A DNA stretch of 64,000 nucleotides from Somniosus microcephalus (Eukaryota): assembly GCA_052327205.1 (NCBI GenBank), contig CM126209.1, forward strand, positions 167,214,001-167,278,000, written 5' to 3'. Each line of letters starts with the position of its first letter. The stretch's first letter is position 1. The position numbers and the translations under genes are program-made. Below the pieces are notes generated by a model, which was not told where the DNA came from, did no database searches, and worked only from the letters and a program-made list of their open reading frames with translations. Shown piece by piece: positions 13,634-26,648 of this stretch.

Positions 13634-14631
13634 CTAAATTAAAGCCAGGGGGGGGACAAGAGCAGAGTTGTGGAGGTGTTTAGTTTCTATTACAATACAC
13701 CTCAGGTTGCTGCTCAAACAATGTCAGTGCCAGCAGAGATATTTCTCATAACTTTAGAAGCTCGCAGCTGCTTTTAAGTTGGGGTGGGAGGCACGGAAGA
13801 ACATGCACAGGGGGCTGGTGGGGTTTTGACATTTTGTGTGGTCATGAAGGAAGGTCCAGTGCTGAACAATGACAAAAATCAAGATGCCAGAATTCATCGA
13901 CTGTTTCACAAGCTTGTGCGTGCAGGTGGTGATCAATTAACTACAGCTACTTCACTATATTACCTCAGCTTCAGGTTTCAGGGAGCAAAATGCTTACAGT
14001 TTGCAGAGTTAGTCGTTAGCCAACAGCAGCAGCAAAACTATGAAAAAGTAAATCAGTTTTGACTTTAAATGGCTACCTGAATGGTTTTTAGTACAGATGT
14101 GCAAACTGAACAAAGTTTTGAGGAAAACATTATGCTAGTAATAATTAAAACCTCAAACAGTTTATTCAGTGCTGCTGTGTAGTGCACAAGACTGAGTGTG
14201 ACAGGCAATATGTGACATCCTCTTACAAGAGTTTTTGATATCAAGCACTAGTCCTGGATTACAGGCAAGGCTACAGTGAAGATTTTAATCAAATGCATGC
14301 ACCAAATAAAATAGAAACTAGGGGATCAATTTTAAACTGGTGGCACATTCGAGAATGGCCACTGGCATAAAATTACACTCTGCAGGGGCTTTAGAAGCCG
14401 ATGCCGGCACTGGGAGAGGGGGGCTGGGGAGGCCTTAGGGCTCTTTGCAGGGCCTAGCGGAGCACTGCTGCTACACCAGGCCCACAAAGATTCCACAGAA
14501 AAGCAAAAAAATAAATAATCAAATTAACTTTTTTTTAAGCCATCAAATTTTGCAAGTACTGTAATGCATGTTCCAAATATTGAATGCACAAAATAAGTTT
14601 TGTATTTAAATCTTAAGAACAGAAAGCCTAC

Positions 14632-14680
14632 CCAACATTGTTGCATCCACTGCGCCACCAGGACAGAACTCGATCATAAT
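14632..14680 (-). CDS. STK10: STK10 coding exon 3 (49 nt): IMIEFCPGGAVDATML+G
   Basis: Acceptor ctaaag| and donor |gtagg. The hinge IMIEFCPGGAVD is STK10-like (SLK has ILIEFCAGGAVD). In frame with both neighbouring exons; absent from the ORF track. Confidence 0.95.
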
Positions 14681-15283
14681 CTTTAGAAGGAGAAAGAAAA
14701 GTAGTAAGAAAGATAAACATTTTGCCTCAGTGAAGTTTCCGACAAAGATATTTTATACAAAGTTATTCCAGAAACCCATAAATATTTGTATTGGTACTTC
14801 TCCTGCAGACTGGTTTATCAATTCAAACAAACTAGATCAGCATTTGCCCACTTCGCTTGGATATTCTGCAAATTGAATGCATCAGCTTCCTGATGATGCT
14901 TGGCCAATTGATGGTCATGTGTACGGAAGGCCCATGATGCAAACTCACTCATTTGGTCTCTGCTGGACTCTTTTCTTGGAAAGGAAGAGTTAGATTCAGA
15001 GGTTCATAAATTAACTGGAGCTTACACACCTCTCTGCCCGAGTAAACCGTTGCAAGTTACTTCCGTGCGAAGGAGCACGAGTCAGCTCCACATTCCACAG
15101 TACACAAACAACCCTCTCTCAACAAGAACAGCGGGGCCAGGGAAAAGGGCGACTTAGAAAATATAAAACCCATGCAGCATTGAGACATTAAGAAATTCCT
15201 GCCCAGGTGGCAAGGTGAAAAAAAACTGGGTGGAATATTCCAAACAGCAGAAGTGTAGCTGTTGAATGAGCAACTGTCAATGG

Positions 15284-15285
<2 letters not shown>

Positions 15286-15314
<29 letters not shown>
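15286..15314. repeat. (GA)n microsatellite within an old L2 fragment (~15250-15700, minus)
   Basis: Repeat seen directly; the flanks show HASITSRLDFS, an L2 RT motif. Confidence 0.8.
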
Positions 15315-15318
<4 letters not shown>

Positions 15319-17343
15319 CCAGTGGAGTTTGGAGAGGACAAGATGGAAGGCTTAGTGCTGGATGAGGACTTTGGGCTGCAGCATTATGGATGTGTTGAAA
15401 CATGGAGGCAACCTAGAGAAATCAAGCCTCGAGGTGATGGAGGCATGAAACAGAGGCTCATCATTAGAAGGAAATAAATAAGGGTGGGAGGTAGGAGACG
15501 TTGGGGAGGGAGAAGGAAGCAATTTTAGGAACAGAGTTGATGTAGGGGAGGAAGCAGAGCTCAGGATTGAACAGAACTTCAAAGTTTCACAACTCTTGAC
15601 TCAGCTTGAAACTCAAATATGTGTTGGTGGGAAGCCAGTAACACCAACGTTTTCACCTTAATACCCAGTAAACTTGAAAAGTCTCCTTTCAACCATTGTT
15701 TTGTTTTAAATCCAGTCTTTCTGGACACTGGCTTTAGCAAATCCAACTAGTTTACATTGGGGTTGCTGCCAGGTCATAAGAGTCATAACGGCACAGAAGG
15801 AGGCCATTCGGCCCATCGAGTCTGTGCCGGCTCTCTGCAGAGCAACGTGAGGCACATACTTTGTGAAGCAGCAATGCAAGCAGGCAAACTGGTACAAATA
15901 TACTGATGACACTGGAAAACAGAAAATACTGCAGTAGTTGAAAATTTGAAACAAAAATCAGAAAAAAAAACTACAAATACACAGGTCTGTAGGGAGCATA
16001 GACAATTAATGTTTTAGGTGTCTTACCCATCACAGATATGCACCCAAAGCATAACCTATCTGCTCTTCCTACAGTTGCTGATTGACCTACAATGTTTCTA
16101 GTTTTTTTCTATTGGAGACTACATCAATTTCAGACTAAACTATGATGTTCAGTGACCCAACCCGACCACTGTTTGGAAAAAAGCAAATGTAAATTGGTTC
16201 AAAAACAAGCATTTCTCACAATAAGAGAACTTCCTTGTATCAAAGCATGTGCCTTCCCCTCCCCCGGCAACATCAGCCAGGAACACAATGGTAGGCTGAT
16301 TAAAAAGGCTCTTTTCCCTTGTTGGTGCTAACAGGGCATGCCAAACATCCTGTTCGGTCAGTATGCAGCAGCTAGCAAACTAGTTACTGAAAGTGAAAAT
16401 AACATACTGTAGTCCTAAATCATGAACAAAAAAATGCACAAATACTGCATATAAATCATAACTATTATCCGGCCAAGATAACTCTTAAATGTAGACCATC
16501 TTTCATAAGGCTTTGCATAAAGGCGATTAAAAAAAACCCAGCATAACCGATCAGTTAACTAGAATTAGACTTTAGGCGGTTTGAATCTGGACATGTCAGC
16601 ACAAAGGTTTGCCCTGCAGACAAAGGCAATTAAAGGCTCATTTCAGTGAGCAAGCCTGGTATGACGAGTCCTTACACATCATACATACCTCAAGATCAAA
16701 GTTCTGACTGAATTTACTCTGGTACTACTTAGTAAAACAGGCAAAATTTAATGACTATTTTGAAGCAGGTAGTCAAGCTGTCGGCTACATCTACTTAACT
16801 AGAACCTTTACAACTTAAACCATTGCTCAATACAGCCTGAAGCCACGAGTATCCCAGCTCTTTCCTCATGTGTGGCATTCAGTAGACATGATGTTCCTTA
16901 CATCTCTCAGCCTCCAACCACAACCCAACTCTGGAATGCTGCTGGAATTAGAATATTCAACTTTGTTTGCAAGTAGAAAATATTTGAATTCAACTTTGGG
17001 AGCAGGCATAATTAGGAGTTTCCAGGCTACAGATGTGCCACTGAGCTCTCTGGAAACATGTCTCCTTCATCCATCACTTTTCAAACGGACATCTTATCTA
17101 GAACAAATAAAGCATCCAAAATAATAGATAAGTAAGAGGTGTTTATCATAGCCGCATAACGGCAAAGATTATTAATACACTGGGAAGACTCCAGAGAAGT
17201 AGTGGTAACCTTCATATTTCTAATAGACTCGATTGGAGTGAATCAGTCTCAAAGATAGTGGGACCATAGCAGTTGCCAACTGTCCCCAGGCAAGAAATTA
17301 GCACTTCTGTTTCTAGTAGTTAACAATACTAACCAATAAAATA

Positions 17344-17662
17344 CAGGAAATTTTGAGTTATCTGGAGGCGAACCGTCCGGCAAGCTGGAGCCACCGGCAA
17401 AAATCAGGCGCCGTTTTTTATTCTTTTCGTTTCTTTTCTTTGCTTTTTTTTTTTGAACAGTCAAGCTGTGCAAGGTCTGTAGCTAAGCAACAGCTTCAGC
17501 TAGAGACACTTGCCGACTGTTTAGAGGCTGTTGCTAAGTTTGTTGATTCATACGGAGATGAAAATCTCCGTATGTTTCAACATTAGCTCTGGAGTGTACG
17601 GCAGTTTGGAGGGAACGGCAGCAGCTCGGTCCCGTTGGTGCCGGATAGCACAAAGTTTCCTG
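17344..17662. mobile_element. Tc1/mariner-superfamily MITE, copy 2
   Basis: TA|caggaaatt ... aagtttcctg|TA; shared subterminal ggtcccgttggtgccggata. Confidence 0.8.
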
Positions 17663-17665
17663 TAC

Positions 17666-19373
17666 ATACTTTGGTTCTGTCTTCACAAAGGAAGACACAA
17701 ATAACCTCCCAGAGATGTCGGGGAACATAGAGTCTAATGAGAGGGAGGAACTGAATGAATCAGTATTTGTAGGGAAATGGTGTTAGGGAAATTGACGGGA
17801 TTGAAGGCTGATAAATCCCCAGGGCCTGATAATCTACATCCTAGGGTACTTAAGGAAGTGGCCCTAGAAATAGTAGATGCATTGCTGGTCATCTTCCAGA
17901 ACTCGATAGGCTCTGGAACAGTTCCCATGGATTGGAGGGTAGCTAATGTTACCCCACTGTTCAAAAAAGGTGGCAGAGAGAAAACAGGGAATTATAGACT
18001 GGTAAGCCTGACATCGGTAGTGGGGAAAATGCTAGAGTCCATTATAAAAGATGTAATAGCAGAGCACTTGGAAAACAGTGACAGGATCAGACAAAGTCAA
18101 CATGGATTTACAAAAGGTAAATCGTGCTCGACTAATCTACTGGAATTTTTTGAGGATGTAACTGGTAGAATAGGTAAGGGAGAACCAGTGGATGTGGTGT
18201 ATTTGGACTTTCAGAAGACTTCCGATAAGGTCCTGCATAAGAGATTAGCATGTAAAGTTAAGGCACATGGGATTGGGGGCAAGGTACTGACTTGGATAGA
18301 GAACTGGTTGGCAGACAGTATGCAAAGAGTTGGAATAAACGGGTCTTTTACCGAGTTGCAGGCAGTGACTAGTGGGGTACCGCAGGGATCGGTCCTAGGA
18401 CCCCAGCTATTCACAATATATATTAATGATGATCTAGACGAGGGAACTAGATGTAATATCTCCAAGTTTGCAGACGACACAAAGCTGGGTGGGCGTGTGT
18501 GCTGTGAGGAGGATGCGGAGAAACTCCAGTATGATTTGGACAGGTTGGGTGATTGGGCAGATGCAGTATAATGTGGATAAATGCAAGGTTATCCACTTTT
18601 ATGGCAAAAATAGGAAGGCAAATTATCTGAACAGCAATAGGTTGGGAGAAGGGGAAGTGCAATGAGACCTGGGTGTCCTTGTGCACCAGTCGCTGAGGGT
18701 ATGCATGCAGGTGCAGCAGGCGGTTAAGGCGGCAAATGGTATGTTGGCCTTCGTAGCGAGAGGGTTTGAGTACAGGAACAAGGATGTCTTGCTGCAGTTG
18801 TACAGGGCCTTGGTGAGACCACATCTTCAGTATTGTGTGCAGTTTTGGTCGCCTTATCTGAGGAAGGATGTTCTTGCCATGGAGGGAGTGCAGCAAAGAT
18901 TCACCAGACTGATACCTGGGATGACAGGAATGACGTATGAGGAGAGATTGGGTTGATTGGGCTTATACTCGCTGGCGTTTAGAAGAATGAGAGAGGATCT
19001 CATTGAAACGTATAAAATTCTAACAGGACTAGACAGACTAGATGCAGGAAGGATGTTCCCGATGGCGGTGGAGTCCAGAACCAGGGGTCACAGTCTACAG
19101 ATAAGGGGTAAGCCACGTAGGACAGAGATGAGGAGGAACTTCTGCACCCAGAGAGTGGTGAACCTGTGGAATTCTCTACCATAGAAGGCAGTTGAGGCCA
19201 ATTCATTAAATATATTCAAGAAGGAGTTAGATATATTTCTTAAGGCTAAAGGGATCAAGGGATATGGGGAGAAGGCAGGTACGGGGTACTGAGTTTGGAT
19301 GATCAGCCATGATCTCATTGAATGGTGGAGCAGGCTCGAGGGGCCGAATGGCCTACTCCTATCTTCTATGTTT
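17666..19373 (+). mobile_element. CR1/HER1 LINE, 5'-truncated, RT domain with stops and frameshifts
   Basis: [36 protein letters not shown] and KFADDTK motifs; typical 3' tail. Confidence 0.96.
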
Positions 19374-20362
19374 CCAGAAAATGTCCAAGAGAAAGACCAA
19401 TCTTTACTGAGGGCCTACAAAATGAAGGTTCTGAAAAAGATTCCACCTGCATTTTTTAGCTGGAGGGCTCTTTAGGAGAAGGTAAAATGACCAGTCACCG
19501 GAAGTACATGCAATATCCATGTACATTGATTAGTTTGGGTTGCAAGAGACTGGCATCTGTGGATCAGCTTCCCGAGTTTACATTGCTAAAAACAGCACTC
19601 TTTTCCCATCACCACAACAATATGGGTCTGCAATTTTACCATTGGGATAATGGAATCAATTGTAGCACTATAAACATGGCAAGCCAGCACACAGACACCA
19701 CTTTTCCATGACCCAAATGAAACAAGTGACAATGTAAAAGCCCCTAAAGAGCACTTTCAGATACAGGGGTAGGCAGACACCTAGTGTGTCTGAATACTGC
19801 GAGCAGAAGCTGGTCAAAATTTGGGTGTGGGTTATCAAAACTTGGATTTGCTTCAGTACTAGTTGGTTCACTCAAAGCCAAGCCTGCAGCACGGGGAAAA
19901 ACACCTCCTTAAAAAGCAACTTTCTTCCCTTGCTCTCCCTTTAACACCAAAATTATCACCAGTGACAACTTCAGACATTTACATGTTGAGGCTAGCTGAC
20001 GGTGCACTATCACAGTAAGGTGGAGAAAACTTATGTCTTCTCATTTCACTTGCAGGCAGCTGCCCAAGGCCCATGCTTGGGAAAATGGACAAAATACAAA
20101 AAGCACCTTCAAATTTATTTTCAGTGGCTCATCACCATCTTAGCATCCAAGTAAAAACTGCTGCAGAACTCCAAGCCACAAATTGTGGCAAGTTGAATAC
20201 AGATAATGGTGGGAACTTGATCCTTCAGCTCATCGACAGTAAGTGAAGTTAGAGCAGACGGAAGGGGCTCTATGCTGTGCCCTCAAGCATTAATCAATCT
20301 TCCAGAAAAGTCACAAGCAACAAAAAAAAAAATCAGCTGAATTCCTGGACATGAATGCAGGC

Positions 20363-20428
20363 AGTATAGGAATAAGCACTGGAATCTCCCACACAAGTAT
20401 AGGAATAAGCACTGGAATCTCCCACACA
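20363..20428. repeat. Perfect 33-bp tandem duplication
   Basis: agtataggaataagcactggaatctcccacaca x2. Confidence 0.95.
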
Positions 20429-21644
20429 AGCAACAGCACAGCTGTCCTAAGTATCATACACACAAAGTCTATAAATGTAAGCCAGCTGGTACTTGCTAGC
20501 TTCACATGGTACGTACTCTTTAATAGGACGCCAATGCAGCTAAACTCAACTAACCTTTCGGATACTGTACTCATTTCTGCTGGAAAGGAACTATAGAGTC
20601 TTTGGAGCAACAACATTAAGGTAACACATAGGATTCAAAGCAATGCGAGGAGTCAAATGCAGTGTATTGTTGGTAAATGTACATCAGTCATACATGCAAA
20701 TTGCGCCTTCGTGCAAGTATTGGTGGCCCAAGGACTAGACCGTACAACTATAAGGTATCCTTTGCTGCTCAACGTATACATTTCATGTACCGCATCATTT
20801 TAAAAGATTAAACTTCACATACAAATAGAAATCACTGGAGAAAGTATGCAAACTGCTGCTGATTCCTTGCAGATGGTGTCCAGAAGACAGCTGCGTGTTT
20901 GCCCAGTAAATGGCCTCTGCCCAAATCGGCAACTTTTATTTCCCCCCCACTCCTCAGGTTCCTGTCCCCCCAGGCAACACCACAGCAGAAAGGGAGGCTT
21001 ATAATCCCCAATTTTATTTACTATTCTTGCATGCATTATTTTTCTACTGATTTTCTTCCCATACCCCTTCTCTCCTGAAAGCAGTAATCTTTTACTCCCC
21101 ATCTCTGGGATACCCTACATATAATCCCAATCGAGAACAGAAAGAATCATCAGACACATTGGGCTTGATTTTCATTGAGCCGTGGAGGCAGGCTTGGAGG
21201 CGTGCGGGGGGTTGAAATCGCAATAACTGGCGGACGGGACCACCCCCTCCCCCGCCTGGTTCCCGACTCCGAGCAATTTTAACTCGGGCGTGTCTGATGG
21301 TCCCAACTCCGTCCCGCATCCAACAGGCGGGACTGGTCGTTAAGGCCCTTAACCACTAAATGGCCTCTATAATGTGAAACCTGGTGGGAGCACTATTGGA
21401 TTGCTCAATATCAACTGCAGGTCAACCATTAAAGAGGAGATTTGATCAGCGATCATTTGCAGGTGGCAGGACTTAGTGGTCTCAGGTCTGGGGCAACTTT
21501 TAGAAGGCTTAACCACACCTGTGGAAGGTTGGAGCCTCACACCCATCTCCAGTGTGATGTCCTGGGAAACCGCTCTCGCCACATTCACTCAGCGCTTCTT
21601 CAACTGAGGCATATTCCAGAAGCATCGCAAACATTTAATTCCTT

Positions 21645-21838
21645 TCCTCCTGGACATCAGATTCGGATGCAGACCAGCCGCGGCAGCAGCAGAACCATGA
21701 GCAACAGCAGGAGCATCAACAGGAGCGGCAAGCTGCTAGTCACCCACCTGAAGATGCAGAGGCCAGAAGGCACCAACGCGCGACAACATTGCTGCCCGGG
21801 ATGCAAGGGTCGCACTCATCCTGGCCAGATTTGCTTAG
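21645..21838 (+). pseudogene. Remnant of HARBI1-type nuclease: Q/E-rich N-terminal stub fused to C-terminal AARDARVALILARFA*
   Basis: Manual translation; no DDE core between the two stubs. Confidence 0.5.
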
Positions 21839-22095
21839 CCTAGTCAAACAAACACTTTTGCCTCGCAGCTTCTTACCAGAGCATTGACAATGGCCAAGAA
21901 CCAGAGGATTCCTAGCACTCTGACCACCATACTGACAGTTGCAAGTATGCCTAAGCCCTCAATGTGGAAGTCCCGCTAGCGAAATGACAGATGATACAAC
22001 TGCAACATTTGCCATCAGAAATTTTATGTACATTACCGAAGTGATGGCATTTTTGCAGTAAACACAAAATTGCACCTAAGTGACTACCCTTGTGA

Positions 22096-24026
22096 CTATT
22101 TGTGCAGAATTTTCCTCTTGCGCGTGCTCCTACGTGGTACCTCCCCTGTGGCTTCAGCAGATGTGGAGGCCCCTTGCTTACTTTGCTGCTGCTTCTGTCT
22201 CGACACCTTTGACGGGCGTCCTCTGGGGTGGCGAGCCTGTGAAGGCTCGTCAACAGTCTGCTGCTCCTGCGGCTGTGCAGGGGTTGAGACGCCTATCTCA
22301 CTTGGGTGTGGACTCCGGTGGGGCTCTGCAGTGGCATAGAAGTGTCAGCGCTTGGAGAGGAGCCCCCACTTCCTTGAGGTCTGCCACCAACCTCCCTCTC
22401 CTGGGTCAGGTCCCCCTCAGCACCTGCAAGTGGCTGGAAAGCACCTTGCTGCACATCAGGGGGACCATGGGGACCTGTATCTGCAATGGCAGTCCTACTC
22501 AGACAAATTCCATGAAGGTCTGGTTTCTCTGTTCAATAGATGCCCATTGCTCAAGAGAGGTCATTCTATTCTGAACAATGACCATACCCTGGCGACTAAG
22601 CTCCTCCATGGCCGTAGCCATCCTCTCCTCTACGGTAGCCATCCTTTCCACGGAGGTTGCCATCCTTTCCGTGGTGATGCGTTCATGCGCCAATGACTCC
22701 ACAAAGACTCTGGTCACGTTCGCTATGGACTCCTCCATTTGCTCCACACTCGCAGCGACCCTAGATACAAAACCTGCCAGAGACTCCTGCATCTGTGCCT
22801 GGAGTTCCATCACTGCTGATCTCATGGATGGACCCAGAGGCAGAGGGTCGACATGCTGCTGAGCCGAGCTGGCAGAGTCCTGCGCCCTCCGACTAGGACT
22901 CTCCACTGCTGTCCCTGTCTCTACAATCTGCTGATGCTCACTTGTGAGCTGTGATACAACAGGTGACAACACTACTCTATGTCCCGAAGGTCCCACCGAG
23001 GTGTGAGTGTCTGCGTTGGTGCTGGGTGCGCAGATTTCTGGTGACGCTGCGCCCTCGGAGGTTGCAGCTTCCTCTGAGGAGTCTGGCTGCTCAGCCTCTC
23101 CTTCCTGGCTAGGGGGGACGGATGCTTGTGATGGTCCTTTAGGGGAGTAAAGGAGTCAGAGATGTGATGCCAAGGCTACACGCACATTGCTTTTTGCAGA
23201 TAAGTCCATCTGTTAGAGCTTCACAATCATTATCAGCAACTCATGCAATGTCAAAGAGAGAGATGGGAAACTTTTCTGTCACCAGCTTGCTGTGTTGCAC
23301 CTGTCTGTCCATCTCCCACATGCGCCTCATCCTCCAGTTCCACTATTTCGTGTGCCACCTCCTCCCAGGGGGTCAGGTGGACTATAGAGGCTGTCCCCCC
23401 TCCTATCCTCGCTCGCTCTCTTTTGTTGTGAGCTCTCTTTTCTTGCAATGAGGGAGACAAGTGGAGGTCGAGTGAGAATGAAGGAGTGAGTGTAGAGATT
23501 GCATAGCATACATACTTAGAAGGAGACAAAGATGGAGTGAGGTGGCAATACCAAGGGCCCTCCCTGTGTGTTGTCAGTTGTTTTCATAGCATCAGAGTGA
23601 TAGGGAATGTGAGGGCTGCATAGTCGAAGAGTTATGTGAATGTGAGCATAGAGAGAGGGGGAATGGGTAAGGGTGCATGGATGTCAGTGTCAAGTGGGAT
23701 GTGGAGGAAGAGATTGCTAAAGCTGAGTGCTGGTGAGGTAAGGCAATGGGGGGTCAGATTGAGGGTGATGGGAAATTCACACTCACTTTTCCAATGCACT
23801 GAAGGTCATGAAATCTTTTCCGGCACTGAATCCAGGTTCGCCGTGTGACTCCCAAAGAGTTGACCTCCTCAACCACCTGCATCCACACTGCCTTAGTCTG
23901 CTTGGGTGGCCTCTTCCTCCCTGAGGAAGGGAAGAGCACCTCCCTGTTGGCCCTAGCCCCATCCACCAATGCCTGCAGGGCCACCTCGTTGAAACGAGGA
24001 GCTGGTCTGGGCCTCCCGCTTGTCAT
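22096..24026 (-). pseudogene. Harbinger Myb/SANT-like (trihelix) DNA-binding protein gene; exons 24026-23787, 23442-23283 and 23136-~22096
   Basis: RPAPRFNEVALQALV..REVLF..W..V.EEVN..RTWIQCRKRFHDL, then EKRAHNKRERARIGGG. Donors gtgagt and gtgac are intact. The exon 2 acceptor reads AA instead of AG, there is a premature TGA at 22499-22501, and the C-terminus RRSTRKRKILHK* is in another frame. Confidence 0.8.
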
Positions 24027-24539
24027 CTTTCCTGCAGGTCCCTCTCACACCAAATGGAAAAAGCTTGGAAGCCTGCAGAAGAAGCAAGGCTTGCTGTGGA
24101 CCTTAAATGCAGCAGCAATGATGACGTCATCGGAGGGGACTTTCAGTCATGAAAAACCCATTTGCAAAGGCTTCCCACACGTTAGAAATAAATTGGCCAC
24201 TTAAGTTAAAATTGCATCAATCTCCCATATCCATTTAGATTCGTGTGGGAAACACGAAATTCGGATATCACGACACCATCCCGCACCTGAGTTAAAATCC
24301 TGCCCATTGTCTACAATTAAGCTTTATGTTCAAAATTCACATTTGTATGTCCCTTAGAACTGCGAAAGGGGTGGGGGGAAGAAAGCAGCAGCAAGATATA
24401 TTTCTATTCATGAGTGTCTTACTCATTTTCTGCCTCAAAATTCAAATAAACAGCAAGTTTAGGACGTTGTGCCCAAAATCATAATGCAGCTTCTTTTCAA
24501 AGATCATTTTGTAATTTCATTAAAGAAAGTGCATAAAAG

Positions 24540-25250
24540 AAATCGTGCAGCGAGCAACCAAAATGTAGTAAAATATCCCAAGGTACTTCAGAGGAGCATT
24601 ATCAAACAAAATTTCTTCAGGAGATATTAGGACAAGTGGCCAAAAGCTTGGTCAGAGGGGTAGGTTTTAAGGAGTATCTTAAAGGAGGAGAGAGAAGTAA
24701 AGGAGGAGAGAGGATTAAAAGAACTAAAGAGGCAGAGAGGTTTAGGGAGAGAATTCCAGAGCATAGGGCCTAGGCAGCTAAAAGCACAACCACCAATGGT
24801 GGAGCGATTAAAATCAGGGATGCGCAAGAGGCCAGAATTGGAGGTTACAGAGATAGTGCGGGACGAGGCCATGGATGGGTTTGAAAACAAGGATGAGAAT
24901 TTTTAAATTGCGGCATTGCCGGACTGGGAGCCAATGTAGGTCAGCGAGCACAGGGATGATGGGTGAACAGGACTTGGTGTGAGTTTTGGATGAGCTCAAG
25001 TTTACGGAGGACGCAGGTTGGGATGACGGCCAGGAGAGCATTGGAATAATCGAGTCCAGAGGTAACAAAGGCATGGATGAGGGTTTCAGCAGCAGATGAG
25101 GTGAGGTGGGGACAGAGACGGGCATTGTTACGGAGGTGGAAGGAGACGGTCTTGGTGATGGAGAGAATATGGGGTCAGAAGTTCAGCTCAGGGTCAAATA
25201 GGACAAGGTTGTGAACGGTCTGGTTCAGCCTCAGACAGTGGCCAGGGAGA
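24540..25250 (-). mobile_element. L2 LINE 3' fragment
   Basis: HAFVTSGLDYSNALLA and PVLADLHWLPV motifs; L2 tail. Confidence 0.85.
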
Positions 25251-26648
25251 GACTACGTTGTCGACATAACTCACATCCCGGATATTCTACACACCAACGT
25301 ATTTGTTATTCAAGATTGCTCACAAGGTTAGAAGTACTTTACAGTTACTCCATCTGTTACCAATTCAAAAATTCTTTTGATACTGTACATAGAACAAGAG
25401 ATGGTACTAGCTGGCTGCTGCCTTTATTCCAAGATATTAAGAAGCCAAAAAAGATTCAATATGAATGAGGAAAACATCTGTCTCGGACACAGGTTTGTAT
25501 AAAATGTAGAAGGCCAAAAGCATTAGACAGACTTAGGAAACCACTCAAACAAGTTTGAGATCTAAAAATATTCATTTTATGGAATTATTGGTTTTCTTGT
25601 GTCCTGTACATACTGTGATTTAAAATGTTTAAACTTCAACTTGAAAAACCTCAGACATGCTTGAAAGAATGAATGTCTGCAGCTGGGATAACTTGTATTC
25701 TCAAACTTAGGAAGTATTGATTTGCAATAAGATCTTCATTTTAAACAAACAAACAAAATCCAGTATATAAGCTAGACCTATAGGTGTATTTTAAGATCAG
25801 CAAACTTGGGAATGTGACTTGTATCGGATTTTACAGTACTTCACAAAATAAGTCTAAAGAGGGTGGACAGGTGAGGGGGCTGGGAGAAGAGAAAGGCACA
25901 CTCACCACTTACTTCCAGCTACGAGATCAAGCTTTACAAAATGTATTTTATTATGTTATGTCATAATACAACAGAGGAACTAATCAGAAGCTTCAGAAGC
26001 CACAGATTCCCTCCAAACGATATCACATAAAAAGGTATCGGCTCAAAGATTAGACAAGACTACTGTCTGAAAATCTAGCTTTGCAAACCCACCACCAAGA
26101 TAAGGGGACCAGGTTTAGCAGTGTAAACACCAGGCACCAATTCACAGATGCTGGCCTCCAGGAATCTAAACCTGCTTGGAGATCAATAGTTAGGAGCCAT
26201 GGGCTACTCTTTAATGTTTGTACTGCAAAAAAGCTTTTCTTCAAGCACCTGTGAAGCTTTGCACGCATAAATTCACAGATTTTAAACCAGTTTACACAGG
26301 ACATAAGGGAACATGTTAACAGTTCAAAAGCTTATAATTAAAAGGTGGGCTTTAATTTGTTAGCGAGCTATTGGAAGTCAGATTTCCACCCCGCCCACAC
26401 CCCAACAAACATGGCTCCATTAGATATACCACTCTTTCAAAAAAAAGTTATGGAGTCATGCAAATAAAGTTTAGGAAAGACTTGTCCCAGGAGTATAGGA
26501 GGAACGTGCAGCTTTGTGAAGTATATCACAGGTCAGATGCAATTCAGGTACATTACTCTTAATTTTGGAGTATCACCTGCTCCAAACATAACTTCAATGC
26601 TACTGCTCCATTTTTCAAAATGTCTTAACCCCAAACAATGCAACATAC

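Larger units (their letters stand above)
21161..24305. mobile_element. PIF/Harbinger transposon, internally deleted
   Basis: TIRs gggcttgattttca / ttaaaatcctgccc with ATT on both sides (21158-60, 24306-08). Contains a Myb/SANT gene (-) and a convergent nuclease stub (+). Confidence 0.85.

Noticed and set aside
15905-16112. Possible inverted pair of Penelope-like tails
   Set aside because: Too degenerate to align confidently by eye; no hammerhead core.
20363-20428. CRISPR-like repeat
   Set aside because: Two adjacent units with no spacer, in a eukaryotic intron, with no cas genes.
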